This document shows, piece by piece, positions 24,575 through 36,380 of a stretch of DNA of 64,000 nucleotides; position 1 is the stretch's first letter, and each line of letters begins with the position of its first letter. The translations under genes and the position numbers were made by a program. The notes below the pieces were generated by a model, which had not been told where the DNA came from, ran no database searches, and saw nothing but the letters and a program-made list of their open reading frames with translations. This DNA is from Podospora anserina (lineage: Eukaryota): positions 4,402,001 to 4,466,000 of the forward strand of contig CM030332.1 in assembly GCA_017654855.1 (NCBI GenBank), read 5' to 3'.

Positions 24575-27374
24575 TCAGTCCGGATTTCCATAAAACAGAG
24601 ACCCGTCTGGTTGTTGCTGCAACGTGTCAGCGTTACCAGAGAAAAAGGTGTACGTTTCTCCACCGAAGTTGGCAGTCTGGGTGTAGTTTTCGAACGAGTC
24701 CTACATGTAGTGTACTGCGTCAGCAAAGAAGCAAGAGTCGGGCCGTTGTTGACACAGGATGGTGGGACTGCTCACCCAGTCAAAGTTGCTTCCAAAATCC
24801 ATACCACTGTGTGCCATGCTATTGAACATGGATAGCGGAGACTGCACTCCATCCAGCAACGAGGCATTTGCAAAATCAGAGGCGGCCCCCGCGTCTGATT
24901 TCAGTCCCAGGTCAAGAGCCGAATAAGTGGTACCCCCAGGACTCTGGACAGTTTCGAATGCCGAGGACAGGTTGCCGCTCGGGTGGTTTCCACTTGACAG
25001 CATTCCCAGCGTCATGGCGGCCGAGTGCTCCGGCTGCGACACCCCCGAGTCGACTGACCCGAAAAAATCATTACGCATCACCGCTTCGGGCGGACTTGCT
25101 CCCACACTGTCTGGCCGAACGAAACTCTTGATCTTGGCCAGCATGACCTCCAACACGTTCGAGGCCTTGACCGCCTCGATCGAGGTGTCAACGAGCCCTT
25201 TCCAGATCTCTATCGTCTGCTCGAGGCTACGGATCATCTCCTCCCGCTGCTCGCGAGTCCAAAAATACAGACTGTGGGAGCTCTGCCGCTCCCCAGACCG
25301 CTGCGCCTCATTATCAAAGTGGAGATCCAGAGCAATAAGCATTGCGGGAAGCAAGAAATCTTTGGTTGCCACCGAAGTGACATACCACTTGATCGACTGC
25401 AAGCGCCCGTTGGGCTGTGATTCTCTGTGCAAGGTCGCCAGATGCCGCAATGTTTCGAGGGATGCCTCGATGGCGCTGCGACGAGAGTGAGCGTACCGGG
25501 GATTGTGCCTTGCCCTAGGCAGATATTTTCTGTGAAGAAGACATATAATCTTCAGGTGAAGGATATCGATGTTGAACCGCGCGATGATGAGTGTGAGCGG
25601 GTCATGGGAGCCCTCGAGTGGCTGCAACATCAGGTGAGGTGGAAGCTCTGCCTTAATGTCGCGCAACTTGGAGTCATGCCGAAGGATTTCGTCGTAATGA
25701 ACTTGGTTCTTGACTCGGCCAGTTATCTGCAGGATATTGCCGAGCTCCAGACAAAGACGGATCTTGACGATCATGTAGCTGATGGGTGTGGGCTCGGAGC
25801 TCGGCCTGGACGGAGGTAGTACCTTTGTATCTGGGCCAAACTCTTCGTCAAAGATGTTGTGTGGCATCTCCGTGTCACAGTCATGGTCATTGATCATGCT
25901 TGAAAGCGATACTTGATGTGAAAAGAAAATGTCTGTCGTCCTGACCAAGGCCCATGTTCTTCGCCTCATCTCCTACATTCCACGTGGCGGTTAGTCTATG
26001 ATTTGAGGGAGAAATCATTCTCAATGGCTCAACTTACGGCTTGGAAAGGCGTGATGGTTGTGGGAAACCACTTACCATCACGGTGGTATCCCATGCGCAG
26101 TGCCACCCTCGTGACGAGCGATATGATCAGCCACAGGCCCAGATCGGCATCCCAACGGGAAGAATACTCGCAAAAGGCATAGAGGATCATGGTCTCGACG
26201 GTATACTCGGCCGGCTTGGTGTAATCGCCCGCTATCAGGCACTGCACGGTTCGCAGTCGGTACTCGTCGGCCAGCTCGAGCGCTCTCCCTCTCCACTCTG
26301 GAGGCTCGTCCCCGACCTTGTGGTATGAAAGCATAGCCAAGCACAAGATTGAGTAGAGCAGCCCTAGCCACATGATTGGCGTCTTGGATGGGTCCTGCCA
26401 ATGATTTCGAAGTTGTTGGTGAAAGGTGGGTGCGTGTATGATGTTGACAGCATTATCCATGGAATTGAAGTATCTCCCACACAGCGTCAAGACGGTCGAC
26501 TTGGGTGGCAGTTCAGCTCGAAGCTCAACTTCAGTCGCCGGTATAGCCCCCATTAGCAGCGCGGGCGGAGCCATGGCCGTGGAGGGCTTGCTACGCTTGA
26601 CCTGCTCATAGCTGTTTTCCAGCTCCTTCCTGTGGGATGCGAAATAATTCTTGACCTCGGTGATATCGAGCAGAATGGTGTGCCAATGCTCTTCTCCGAG
26701 GTAGATATGTTTACTTTTCGTCGGGTCAACCTTCAGCACGCCAAGCGACTTGGCTACATCTTCGATATCGCTTTCATCTTCATCCTGCATCGCATCCTCC
26801 AAGTGCGTATCGACTTTGGACGTAGCAGAGTTATTGTCTACCGTAGAGGGTGTGGCGTTGGAAGCAGGGTCAGATGAGCTTCTGTTTGCAACTGAAGCCG
26901 GCGATATCTCAATGTTTGCGCCGCCATGCATCAATGATAAAACCAGTCCCTCAAGCCTGTCAATGCGATTTTGCATATCATCCGGTGTTGGTTCACCCTG
27001 GTTCTGGCCCTTTTTGCGTGACGTCGGGGCGGCATAAGAACACGCATTTGCATCGGATCCCTCGCGCTTCACGCAATTGCTGCATGGATGAGACCTGTCA
27101 CATTTTCTAGAAAAAGAGTGTGAGTAGATGAGCATTTGGTATCCCACCACCATGGCCATCGCCATTGTCGTCTCGAACTTACAACCTAAGCACGGCATTG
27201 TCAGCAAGGGACGGTCAGAAGTATGTCGGAGCAGGGAGAATGAATGCCTTACTTCCTCTGCCGGCAAGGGTAACAACTCAATGGTACTCTGTTTCTCTTG
27301 CGGACCACCCGGAACTGGCCATCAGGCGAACGCCCATTCGAGGAAGGCGTAGTCGATGGTGGTGTCGGCGTCAT
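24575..27374 (-). CDS. Zn(II)2Cys6 fungal transcription factor with fungal-specific middle homology domain
   Basis: MTPTPP...RKRNRVPLSCYPCRQRKLKCDRSHPCSNC...C (assembled through a 3-nt microexon), IIHAPTF, ALRMGYHRD, EMRRRTWA. The last exon ends ...FYGNPD-TGA at 24575. Confidence 0.92.
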
Positions 27375-28500
27375 GATGCGCGTTCTTAAAGATTGGCTGT
27401 TGGATCGTGATATCTTCCCCTCCGTTCCCAATCGTCCCCAGCCGCACTGTAGATCCGGGGTAAGGTGGAGATAGCAAAAGACCCGCCGCACAGGCTTATC
27501 TGAACCTCAGTAAGGTCGGGTGGTTCGGAAAGAGACGTCTGAAAGGAGACACAGCTGATGGTGGAAGGGCTTCAGTGTCCACCGCCGAGGTATGTCGCGT
27601 AGTCTGGCATGCAGGGGAGTGCCGGTTTGGCAGCTAAGATTGTTGTGAGGTGGGCTCGCCGAGTCCTCCAATTCGACCTGTCGACGGGGCGGAACAGAAG
27701 CACCACGTTCGCATGCGCGCGCGAACTGTGAGGAATAGATAGGGTGAATGGCCGTGGCAGGCGCAAAACGTAGACTCGGTCAGAAAATAAAGAGATTGGG
27801 TTGAATGTAGGAGCGAGTTGGAGAAGACCCTAGGCAAACACAGGATTGCGATGCGACCATGTCCCGCTCCCCTCCTATCCATAAACGTTGTTGGTGGGGC
27901 TGATACATGAGCTGCTGCTTGAGTGGGGGGGTTATCCGGGCAGCTCTTTGTCTCCTGGCCGAGGCCTGGTTAGCCTGCTGTTGCTGTCTGAGGGATTGGT
28001 TGCGATGAAGGATTGCGATGGCGTGATATTGCACTACACATAACTCAGATATAGCAGACTACTACAATGAGAATGTACACACATGGCCTAGCTTTGCGTC
28101 AAGACTTGGCTGTTACCCCCATCGTTTAGCGGGTTCGCGTATTTCTCTTGATCCATATCTTCGTCTACCATACAGCATAGGGACAAGAAGTCATATGAGT
28201 TGGGCCTGAACTGCACCCCCCACACAGGAGCTGCTTATTAATCCCTTGTTCCGTTCTCATCAATATCCCAGTGACTCACCAGCGTGTGAGGAAGATTGCC
28301 CGACGTCGTCAGCATGTCAGCAGCGCCCCCCTGTTTCTATCGTCACACAAACCTAGCACGCCGGACAACCGGCGCAGCGATTGTGGAACCAATCAACGCC
28401 ACGTGAATGAACAGCAGCCAGTGCAGCCCGCTGCTACAGTGGTGAGCCTACAAAGTTCTCATGGTTCTGATTTGATTATCCTATGATAGGGGCCTTCTTC

Positions 28501-29339
28501 TCACGAGGCGGCTGCAGTCTCGCCGTTGGACTTGATGCTATATGCCTTGAAGAAGTCGGCGTCATTAGACAGTTCCTCCTTGACCTGTAACCTGGTTAGT
28601 CGGCGTGACCCATATAGCAAAAGAAACAGGCGACAGGAGGAAAACATACAATATCAAGCCCTCCGACCAGCTCGCCGTCAACCCAGAGCTGGGGATAAGT
28701 TGGCCAGTCGGCAAACTCTTTGAGGCCCTGGCGCACTTCATCGTCGGCCAGGATGTTGAAGAAGCCATACTTGACGGCGTTTTCCCGCAGAATAGCTACT
28801 AGCTGCCGAGAAAAGCCGCACTTGGGCTCGCTAGGAGTGCCCTTCATGAAGAGCATCACGGGAGCAGCCTTGACAAGATCTCCCAGACGCTTGAAGAGCT
28901 CCTCCTTTTTCTTCTCTGGATCCTCCTCGGTTGCCACCTCACCATCATGGCCGTCAGTCGCAGTCGCAGCGCCATTCAAAACTGGGGCGCCGGCCTTGGC
29001 GGCATGGGCTTCGATGGCATTCCGCACCTTGACGGCGCTGCTTCCACTGACGGTTTCCAGCACCTGTCCGTTGCGAATCAGGACAAGAAATGGAACGGCT
29101 GTCACGTTGTAGGTTTCGCTAATATCCGAAAGATCCTCTGCGTTGATTGACACCCATGATGTGGACGGTGGTTCAGTGACGGGATACTCGCTCGCCAGCG
29201 TCGACAGAACGGTCGCCATTTGCGCGCATGGAGCGGCCCATGGCGCATGGAAAGAGACCACGAGGAGAGTGGAAGGCGGTAGTGAGGTGACGTGATGTTC
29301 CCAGTTCGAAAGACTGGTGATTTCGCGAATAGTCGACAT
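28501..29339 (-). CDS. GRX4: Monothiol glutaredoxin Grx3/4 (Trx-Grx fusion)
   Basis: Trx-like domain with WAAPC. Grx domain LFMKGTPSEPKCGFSRQ, WPTYPQLW, GGLDI. One intron, then VKEELSNDADFF...-TGA. Confidence 0.95.
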
Positions 29340-30151
29340 GTTGTTGTATTGGTAGATATTCGAGCGGGTGACGGGGAGACCAAGACTCGCAAGGCGTGGC
29401 TGTCGGTGTGCAATGTTCTATGAGGTGATCTCAAAAGTTCAAGTGGCTCAGGCAAACCGAACATTCTCCAAACAGTGCCGAGCATTGCCCCTCCATGAAC
29501 TGCGATAAAGCTGGGGCCGATGGCGGATGACCCCGCAGTCCGCTAATATGGGCCCTGATTGGCTAGAGATCTGTTGCGTCATTTGGGATTGTCTCCTACA
29601 CAGTAGGTACCTTTAACTCCGGCCAAGACGGAAGAGAAGCGTGCCTGGAAGCTCCCGTGAGACCGACAACCCGATGTACTTATTTGTGGTATCTTTAAAG
29701 CTTTTTAAAGCATACCTAGGTGCCGATTGCAAAGCTCGAGACAGACTTGCAGATGCTAAGCATGGTGGCTGGGTTTGATGCAAGCTAATTGCATCGTCAA
29801 CACTTCGCCGGTTGCAGGTTGCACCTTCGTGCACCTTCAACATCAATGAACCATGACACGTGCTTTCCAGCTCAGCAGGTGTAGAGCCATCCATTATTAA
29901 AGGTCGAGGGACTCGCAGCCAAAGGCAAGGTCGTCGCGTCTGTGTTGTTTTCCGCCACTTTCCATCATCTACTAGCGACAAGAGCTTGCCTCTCCAGCCT
30001 CCCCATTCTGCAGAAGAACCTTTCACCGTCTTTCCCTCATCTTGCTCCGCAACTGACCTACCAATTCACATCCTCCTTTGAGATCTTGAAACTCCCCAAC
30101 CTAGTCACCTGCCCGGATACGGATACCTACTTATCCTCGAAGACTTACACA

Positions 30152-30534
30152 ATGTCAGCTGCCGAATACTATCAACAAGGCCCACCGCAACAGAGCTACG
30201 CCTCTCCGCACCCACCACCACAGGCCTACCCTCAATATCCCCAACCGGTGAGTCAACCCTGTTCCGGAACTGCTGGACGGCAGCTTCCCGCGCTGAGATG
30301 GGATGCCTATGCTGACGAGGTATACCACAGTCCTACGGAGGGCCTCCACCACAACAAGGGTACTATCCACCGCAGGGGCCGATGCAGTATCAGCAACAGG
30401 CACCCCCGACGAAGAGCAGCGGTGGCGGTGGTTGTCTTAAGGGCTGTCTAGCAGCCATGTGCTGCTGCTTCTTATGCGAAGAGGGCTGCGAATGCTGTGC
30501 AGACTGTTGTGAGTGCTGCATGGAGTGTTGTTAA
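30152..30534 (+). CDS. CYSTM-type cysteine-rich tail-anchored small protein (99 aa)
   Basis: Exons 30152-30247 and 30331-30534 (GTGAGT...CTGAC...CAG). P/Q/Y-rich N-terminus, then GGGGCLKGCLAAMCCCFLCEEGCECCADCCECCMECC-stop. Confidence 0.88.
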
Positions 30535-31145
30535 TGGCGGCGGGAGAATTCGGCATTGGAGTTTGAGCAGGGTGTTTCCAGTTTAGTAATTCAAAACGAG
30601 ATGGGGAGCGATGAGAGGGAATCAGGGGACGAGGAGGACAGCTTCATTTCTCGCTGTTGACCTGGTGTGGGTACCGTCACAGAGCTGTAAGATGGGTTGA
30701 AATGGATATTTGAAACCCTTAGGAAGCACCTGGATGCATCACTATCACCCAGATACCAGTACGGACGTTATTAGAGCTACACTAATTACATATCCTGTTG
30801 TACATGAGTGTTGTCCAAGTGAAGGTGATGATGGGAAAACTGGGGCTCTTGTCCTGTCCAATGGCAGCACCCCATTCGATGAAATGCGCGCCAAGACGTA
30901 CCCTGGAGACTGGGTGGGCTCAGTGGGCTGCTAGGGGAGGCGCACAGCCTCTTTGACGTCGGGTTGGCAACCTTCTGGGAAGCTCCCTCTCCGTTTCCCA
31001 GTTCCCTCAACGTCTCGCAAGACATCAGTCAGTCATACTTCTAGCTTCTTGTTTAAAGCCCTCTCTTTGTCACCACTGGGCCTTCTCGAATCATTCCATT
31101 CTCACGCTCGGCCCAGGCAACTTCTGGAGTCACTACACAACGACC

Positions 31146-33656
31146 ATGTCTTCGCTCAATCTGTCCACCAATGGCGTGGCCATCAAGAACAGCTACCAAG
31201 GCGTCATCAACGGCACGCTGTCATCAACCTCACCTACCGCCGCTCGCTGGGCCCTGTTCACGGTACAGGCGCCATTACTGAATGCCTTCCAAAACACGGG
31301 TTCGAAAGAGAGTGTCCTCAAGGTTGAGACCACTGGCGGTGAGTTCCAGGGAAACCTCCCGGTCCTTCCGGCTTGGGCTTGCTAACCACCGCTTTGCGTC
31401 AACAGAGGGCGAGCTTGCCGACCTGATCGAGGACTTCAACGAGGGACGCATTCAGTTTGCTTTTGTCAGAGTCAAGGACCCAAACAGTGGCCTGCCCAAG
31501 AATGTCTTCATCGCCTGGTGCGGTGGGGGCGTCCCTGAGCGGACCAAAGGCTACTTCACCAGCCACGTTGCCGCCGTCTCCAAGGTCCTCACCGGTTACC
31601 ACGTCCAAATCACGGCGCGATCTGATGCCGACCTCGAACCTGAAGCCATCGTGCAAAAGGTTGCGGATGCATCGGGTGCTAAATACTCGGCTGGGTCCGC
31701 CCCGGTCCCTGCTACGGCGGCAGCGCCACCGCCGGTTGCCAAGAAGCCCGTCTTCACTCCGACTACCTCGACTTCCGGCACCTCCTTCAATCCCCTCGTC
31801 GCGGCCCGCAATCGCAGACAAGATAATACCGATGATGACGGCTGGGGAGCAGACGCCCCTCCCGTTTCCCGCACTCAGATCGAAAAGGTGGCGCCCGCCT
31901 ACAAGCCAACCAAGGTTGATATTGCTGGTCTGAGGAAAAACCCCGACGAGTCCCGCCACAGCACCCCCTCTCAATCCGATGATCAGGCTCGCGATATTGT
32001 TAAGGGTGGGTATCAGCCCGTGGGAAGAGTTGATGTGGCCGCCTTGCGGGCTCAGGCAAAGCAGGATGACCGGCCTGCCGTGGTAAGGGGTGCCTATGAA
32101 CCCGTGGGAAAGGTCGACATCGCCGCCATTCGTGCCAAAACTCAGCGTCCAGTAGAAGCATCAGAGGAGCCATCAGCACCAAAGTCTCTTGCCGAGCGCA
32201 GTGCTGCCTTTGCTCAATCGGAACGTCTTACAGAGCTGCCCAAACCCAAGGTCGCCAAGAAGTTTGGCAGTACTCCCTTTACTGGGACCAAAGCACCCAC
32301 GCCATCCGGCTTCGGGGCGGCATCTGTTCCAGCGCCTCCACCGGTTGGCGCCGCCAGCCGCACATTTGCTGACCAGGGGGGCAAAACACCGGCCCAGCTG
32401 TGGGCGGAGAAGAAGGCTAAGCAAGCTGGATCAATCTCGTCGGCATCGCCTGGGCCTGCTCCCGAAATCACGGCTCAAAAGAGCGGCAGCGAGTGGAAGA
32501 GCGGATACGCAGGCAAGAGCTGGGCTCCTGTCAGTACGACCAACTTTGGACGCGGCGGGGTGGAGAAGCATGCGACCGGCGGTAGTGGTACTGAGCGCTC
32601 ACAGCCCGAAGCCGAGCCCGAGACAGCCGCGCCTTCCCCCGGTGGCATCGCAGCACTGCGCGATAGGTTCAAGGACCAACCGCCCATTGGCGTCTCTTCA
32701 CGATCTGCGCCAGCTGAAGAGGAGGCCGCGCCGCCGCCACCACCTCAGGCAAGCCGACCTGCCGGAGGGTTTGCCCTCCCTGGTCTCCCATCCAGACCAG
32801 CCCCAGCGGAGGAAGAGGAGGAGGAGGAGCAGCAAGAGCCTCCCGTCCCATCTCGGAACTACGAAGAACGCGACCCCTCTCCTGTGCGCATTGCGGTGCC
32901 GGTTGCACGCAGTTCTGTTCCAGACCTTGAACCGCCTGTTGAGGCGCTTCCCCCTCGTCCTGTGCCTGTTCCTGAGGAGATCCCTCGCGAGGAAGACCTC
33001 CCAGCAGAGGAGGATGCCTATGATCCCCGGGCTGCTGCTGCCACCGTCGCGGCTGTTGCCAGTGATACTACCAGGCCAGGTGGAGCAGCTCCTCAGTCCA
33101 ACACCGATGGCGGCTTACGTGCTGTAGTTCTATTCGATTATGAAAAGGCTGAGGATAATGAGCTTGAACTACGCGAGAACGAAATCATTAGCAACATTGA
33201 CAAGGTGGACCCTGATTGGTGGATGGGCACAGATGCCCAAGGCCGGAGCGGCTTGTTCCCTTGCAACTATGTCGAAATTCTGGAGGCTGACGTAGCGGCT
33301 CCTGTCCCTTCGGCCCCTGCTCCCGCTCCCGCTCCCGCTCCGGCCCCGGCCCCAGGGCCAAGCCATGCTTCCGCGCCCGATTCAAAGTCTGAGTACGATG
33401 TAGGAAGCGGGCCAACGGCCACGGCTCAGTTTGACTATGAAGCCGCGGAGGACAATGGTAAGCACTGGCACATACCATACATTTCCCCGGTCTTGCGAGT
33501 GGTGAAACTAATAGACCTTGTACAGAACTGAGCTTCCCAGAGGGCGCTACCATCACCAACTTGGACTTTCCTGATGAGGACTGGTGGTTTGGACACTACA
33601 AGGGAGCGTCGGGTCTCTTCCCTGCCAACTATGTGGAGCTTGATCAGAAGCCTTAG
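31146..33656 (+). CDS. ABP1: Actin-binding protein Abp1/drebrin-like (ADF-H domain, Pro-rich region, two SH3 domains)
   Basis: N-terminal ADF-H (FAFVRVKDPNSGLPKNVFIAWCG). SH3-1 LFDYEKAEDNELEL...DWWMG...GLFPCNYV and SH3-2 FDYEAAEDNELSF...DWWFG...GLFPANYV. Two introns. Confidence 0.92.
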
Positions 33657-34179
33657 GTGTAAAATGGGTCTGGAGGTGGCTGGATTTACAATACCTGGTG
33701 TCCTATGATACCACACAGCGTTTGTTGGCATTTGTAAAACCTCTCAGAGCGTGAGAGAGCAATCAGCAGTAGGAAGTAGGGATAAATTAGCAAGATTGAC
33801 GTTCATAGTCCAGGAATGGTGTCAGTGGCTACCCTTCTCCACGTCTGAAAAAGACAAATGCAATACATGGTTCTTGGCATGGCTGCACGCACTCCTTGCC
33901 CGCGTTGAGCTGTAGGTTGTAGACCTGGTAAGCCGTTATCCAAAATGCTGCAATGAATGAATTCTCTGGTCGCTTCAAAACAGGCGAGATAGGCCGAGCA
34001 AAGCCGGATTGTGCTGAAGTACAACAAGGTTGTTGTTTACGCATGTCGTCGCAGCCACATGATCAGTCCACTTTGGCCTTTTCTGTTCCAACCAACCACA
34101 TCAGTGCTCCCTCCCCCCTCCCCCCTTGCTCCTCCTACATCAACCCAACAAGAGACAAGATCAAAAGAAACGAACCGTC

Positions 34180-35005
34180 ATGTACTCACATACACCACCG
34201 GCGCCACCACCAAAGCCAGGAAATCATGATACTAGTGGCATGAGCACACCGGTGCCGGTGGGGCCGTCGTCACACACACCCCGCCCTCCGCCTCCGTTAC
34301 CCGAAGCCGTCACAGCCGGCGGGCTGCACTCGGCAGATGTCGGTGCAGCAGCATCAAATGGTGCGTTGGTCCAGGCCCAGGAAATCCCGGATCCCGGAGA
34401 CCAGTGGCTGCCCAAGTTCTTGCAGGATAAATCGTATGTTTATGTTTGGCGCTGGCCACATGCAACCAGCCTTGCTCGTTGTTGCTAACCACAACGGCTT
34501 CAGAAAGCAAGATTTGGCCGAGATATTGTCGGACCCGGCACGCCTCTCGGCGCTCACCCACTCCCCTCAGACAGTCCACCCCTCTTTGGGATCGTCTCAT
34601 GAGGCACTGCAGGTAGCACTAAGTGAAAACATCGAGCGGGCTGCTCAGCTGCTCGAGCTCGAGGCGAGGCTGGCCCACCAGAGATCAACAACACAGTCCC
34701 AGCTGCTGTCGACTCACGCACTGGAGAGACAGTGGCGGGCCAAACAGGCAGACATGGACCATGCGCTGGCTCCGTTCGCGCCTGCAAGTTTGTATCAGCG
34801 TCTCAGTCAGGGGGTTCAGGAACAGGAAGGCGTTTGCTATGCGCTGGAGGAGAGCTTTCTCGAGGGGGAAGGTGACGGTGCGCTGGCTACGGAGAGAGAG
34901 GTCGGTGATTGGATCAGGAGGTACAGAGAAGCCAAGAAGCTGTACTATTTGAGACAGGAGAGGAAGGAGAGGTGGGACGAAGGCAGGGTTGGAGGGTGGA
35001 GGTGA
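34180..35005 (+). CDS. VPS37: ESCRT-I subunit Vps37-like (Mod(r) domain)
   Basis: Exons 34180-34433 and 34504-35005. Pro-rich N-terminus, coiled coil, and C-terminal LEESFLEG...WIRRYREAKKLYYLRQERKERW, resembling Mod(r). Confidence 0.7.
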
Positions 35006-35222
35006 ACCTCGTCATTTGCTTGCCCCCTCTATTAACAGCAGTAGTATTCTCGTTCCCGGTGTGTTCCGTGAGGGTAACCTATCTCAAATACAACTACAAA
35101 AACACTCCCAACACATCACCGTTTGTGCCATGCACTTCCCCAAGCCCTGAAAGTCCCCAATGTCTAATCCACTTCTAGGTAATTATCATCATACAACATG
35201 ACCCTCTTTGACCTCCCCCTGT

Positions 35223-36380
35223 TTATAAGATGCTAAATGGACTCCTCTTCATCTCTGGACTTCGGGGGCTCATTGGCAGCGCAAATAGATCTTCCTCGGT
35301 AGCATCCTTTGTCCCTGCCTTTCCCACTGCCGAAGACGATTGGGGTAGGTTGTTTCCAAGGACGGCATCCAACGAAGCAACACCAGCACCTGCTGAGCCC
35401 ATGGCGATGCTGCGCCCTGCCAGGCCCGTCCCATCTGAAGCCGTAGCGAGGGAAGAGTGAAGGCGATGCTGTGTATCCTTAGAGGCTGTCGAGGAGATTT
35501 TGGTAAGTAGCATGTTCGGCCACAAGCAAACTAAAACGGGGCCTCCGGAGAAGGCAACTAGTTGAGGGTTTGACATACCTTGGCTTGCAGCAGCCAGTTC
35601 TGCAGGGCTCGTAGCAAGCTTCAAGCCTCGCAGCTTTTCGCCTAGCTTCCCCCCTATTGGGCTCCTCGGGCTCGCTGGACCGGCCGCCGTTTGTGGTATA
35701 TGTAGTCTGGTTGGCTTGGGCACGCCGTGATCCGGGCCGAGTCCGAAGTGGTCGACAATCCACTGCCGCTCTTGCGCTGCCATCTCCAACCCCACACTTT
35801 CGCCATTCGTCCTCATTTCCACTTCGATCTCGGCCTGCAGTTCTGCCAGCCGCTTCTTTGCCCATATCGTGTGGAGCACGCCTCGCAGGCCCGCCTCTTG
35901 CTTGCTGGTGAGCTCAGCAGGGAAGATGGCTGGCATGGGCATTGTGCGCAGAACTGGTCCGCCTGAGCTACCCTTGCGTGTGATGCTGACGAGTGCAGGC
36001 ACGGCGGCGCCCGTGGGCAGAAGAAAATAAATACGTCTTGTGCCACCGTTGGCACTGCCGCCAACGCCGACATCCCCGACGATGTCGTGGACGGCCAGTG
36101 CCGATTTCTTGCCCTCCCACGAGACTTCCCAGTCTGTAGCATTAGCTGCCCCCTTCCCAGCCTCCTCCGGCCTGGTTTCTTGCTGTCGTTGTTCCCGCCC
36201 GCCGAACGAGGCGTCCCACTCCACCATCAGCACCTTGGTGCCCTCATTGCCCTTGCCTGTCTCGAATTCGAACCGGGAGAGCGCCAGGCCCGACGAAGGT
36301 GACGTGGGTGTCTCGACCACATCCAGAGACTCAACATCAGTTGCCGTCACCGCCGCCACCGACCTAGCGGCCGTGGTCAT
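35223..36380 (-). CDS. Conserved-looking fungal hypothetical protein
   Basis: Long ORF with ATG at 36380 (MTTAARSV) and a probable in-frame intron at 35578-35486. No domain recognised. Confidence 0.7.
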   Translation of the reverse strand: MTTAARSVAAVTATDVESLDVVETPTSPSSGLALSRFEFETGKGNEGTKVLMVEWDASFGGREQRQQETRPEEAGKGAANATDWEVSWEGKKSALAVHDIVGDVGVGGSANGGTRRIYFLLPTGAAVPALVSITRKGSSGGPVLRTMPMPAIFPAELTSKQEAGLRGVLHTIWAKKRLAELQAEIEVEMRTNGESVGLEMAAQERQWIVDHFGLGPDHGVPKPTRLHIPQTAAGPASPRSPIGGKLGEKLRGLKLATSPAELAAASQGMSNPQLVAFSGGPVLVCLWPNMLLTKISSTASKDTQHRLHSSLATASDGTGLAGRSIAMGSAGAGVASLDAVLGNNLPQSSSAVGKAGTKDATEEDLFALPMSPRSPEMKRSPFSIL

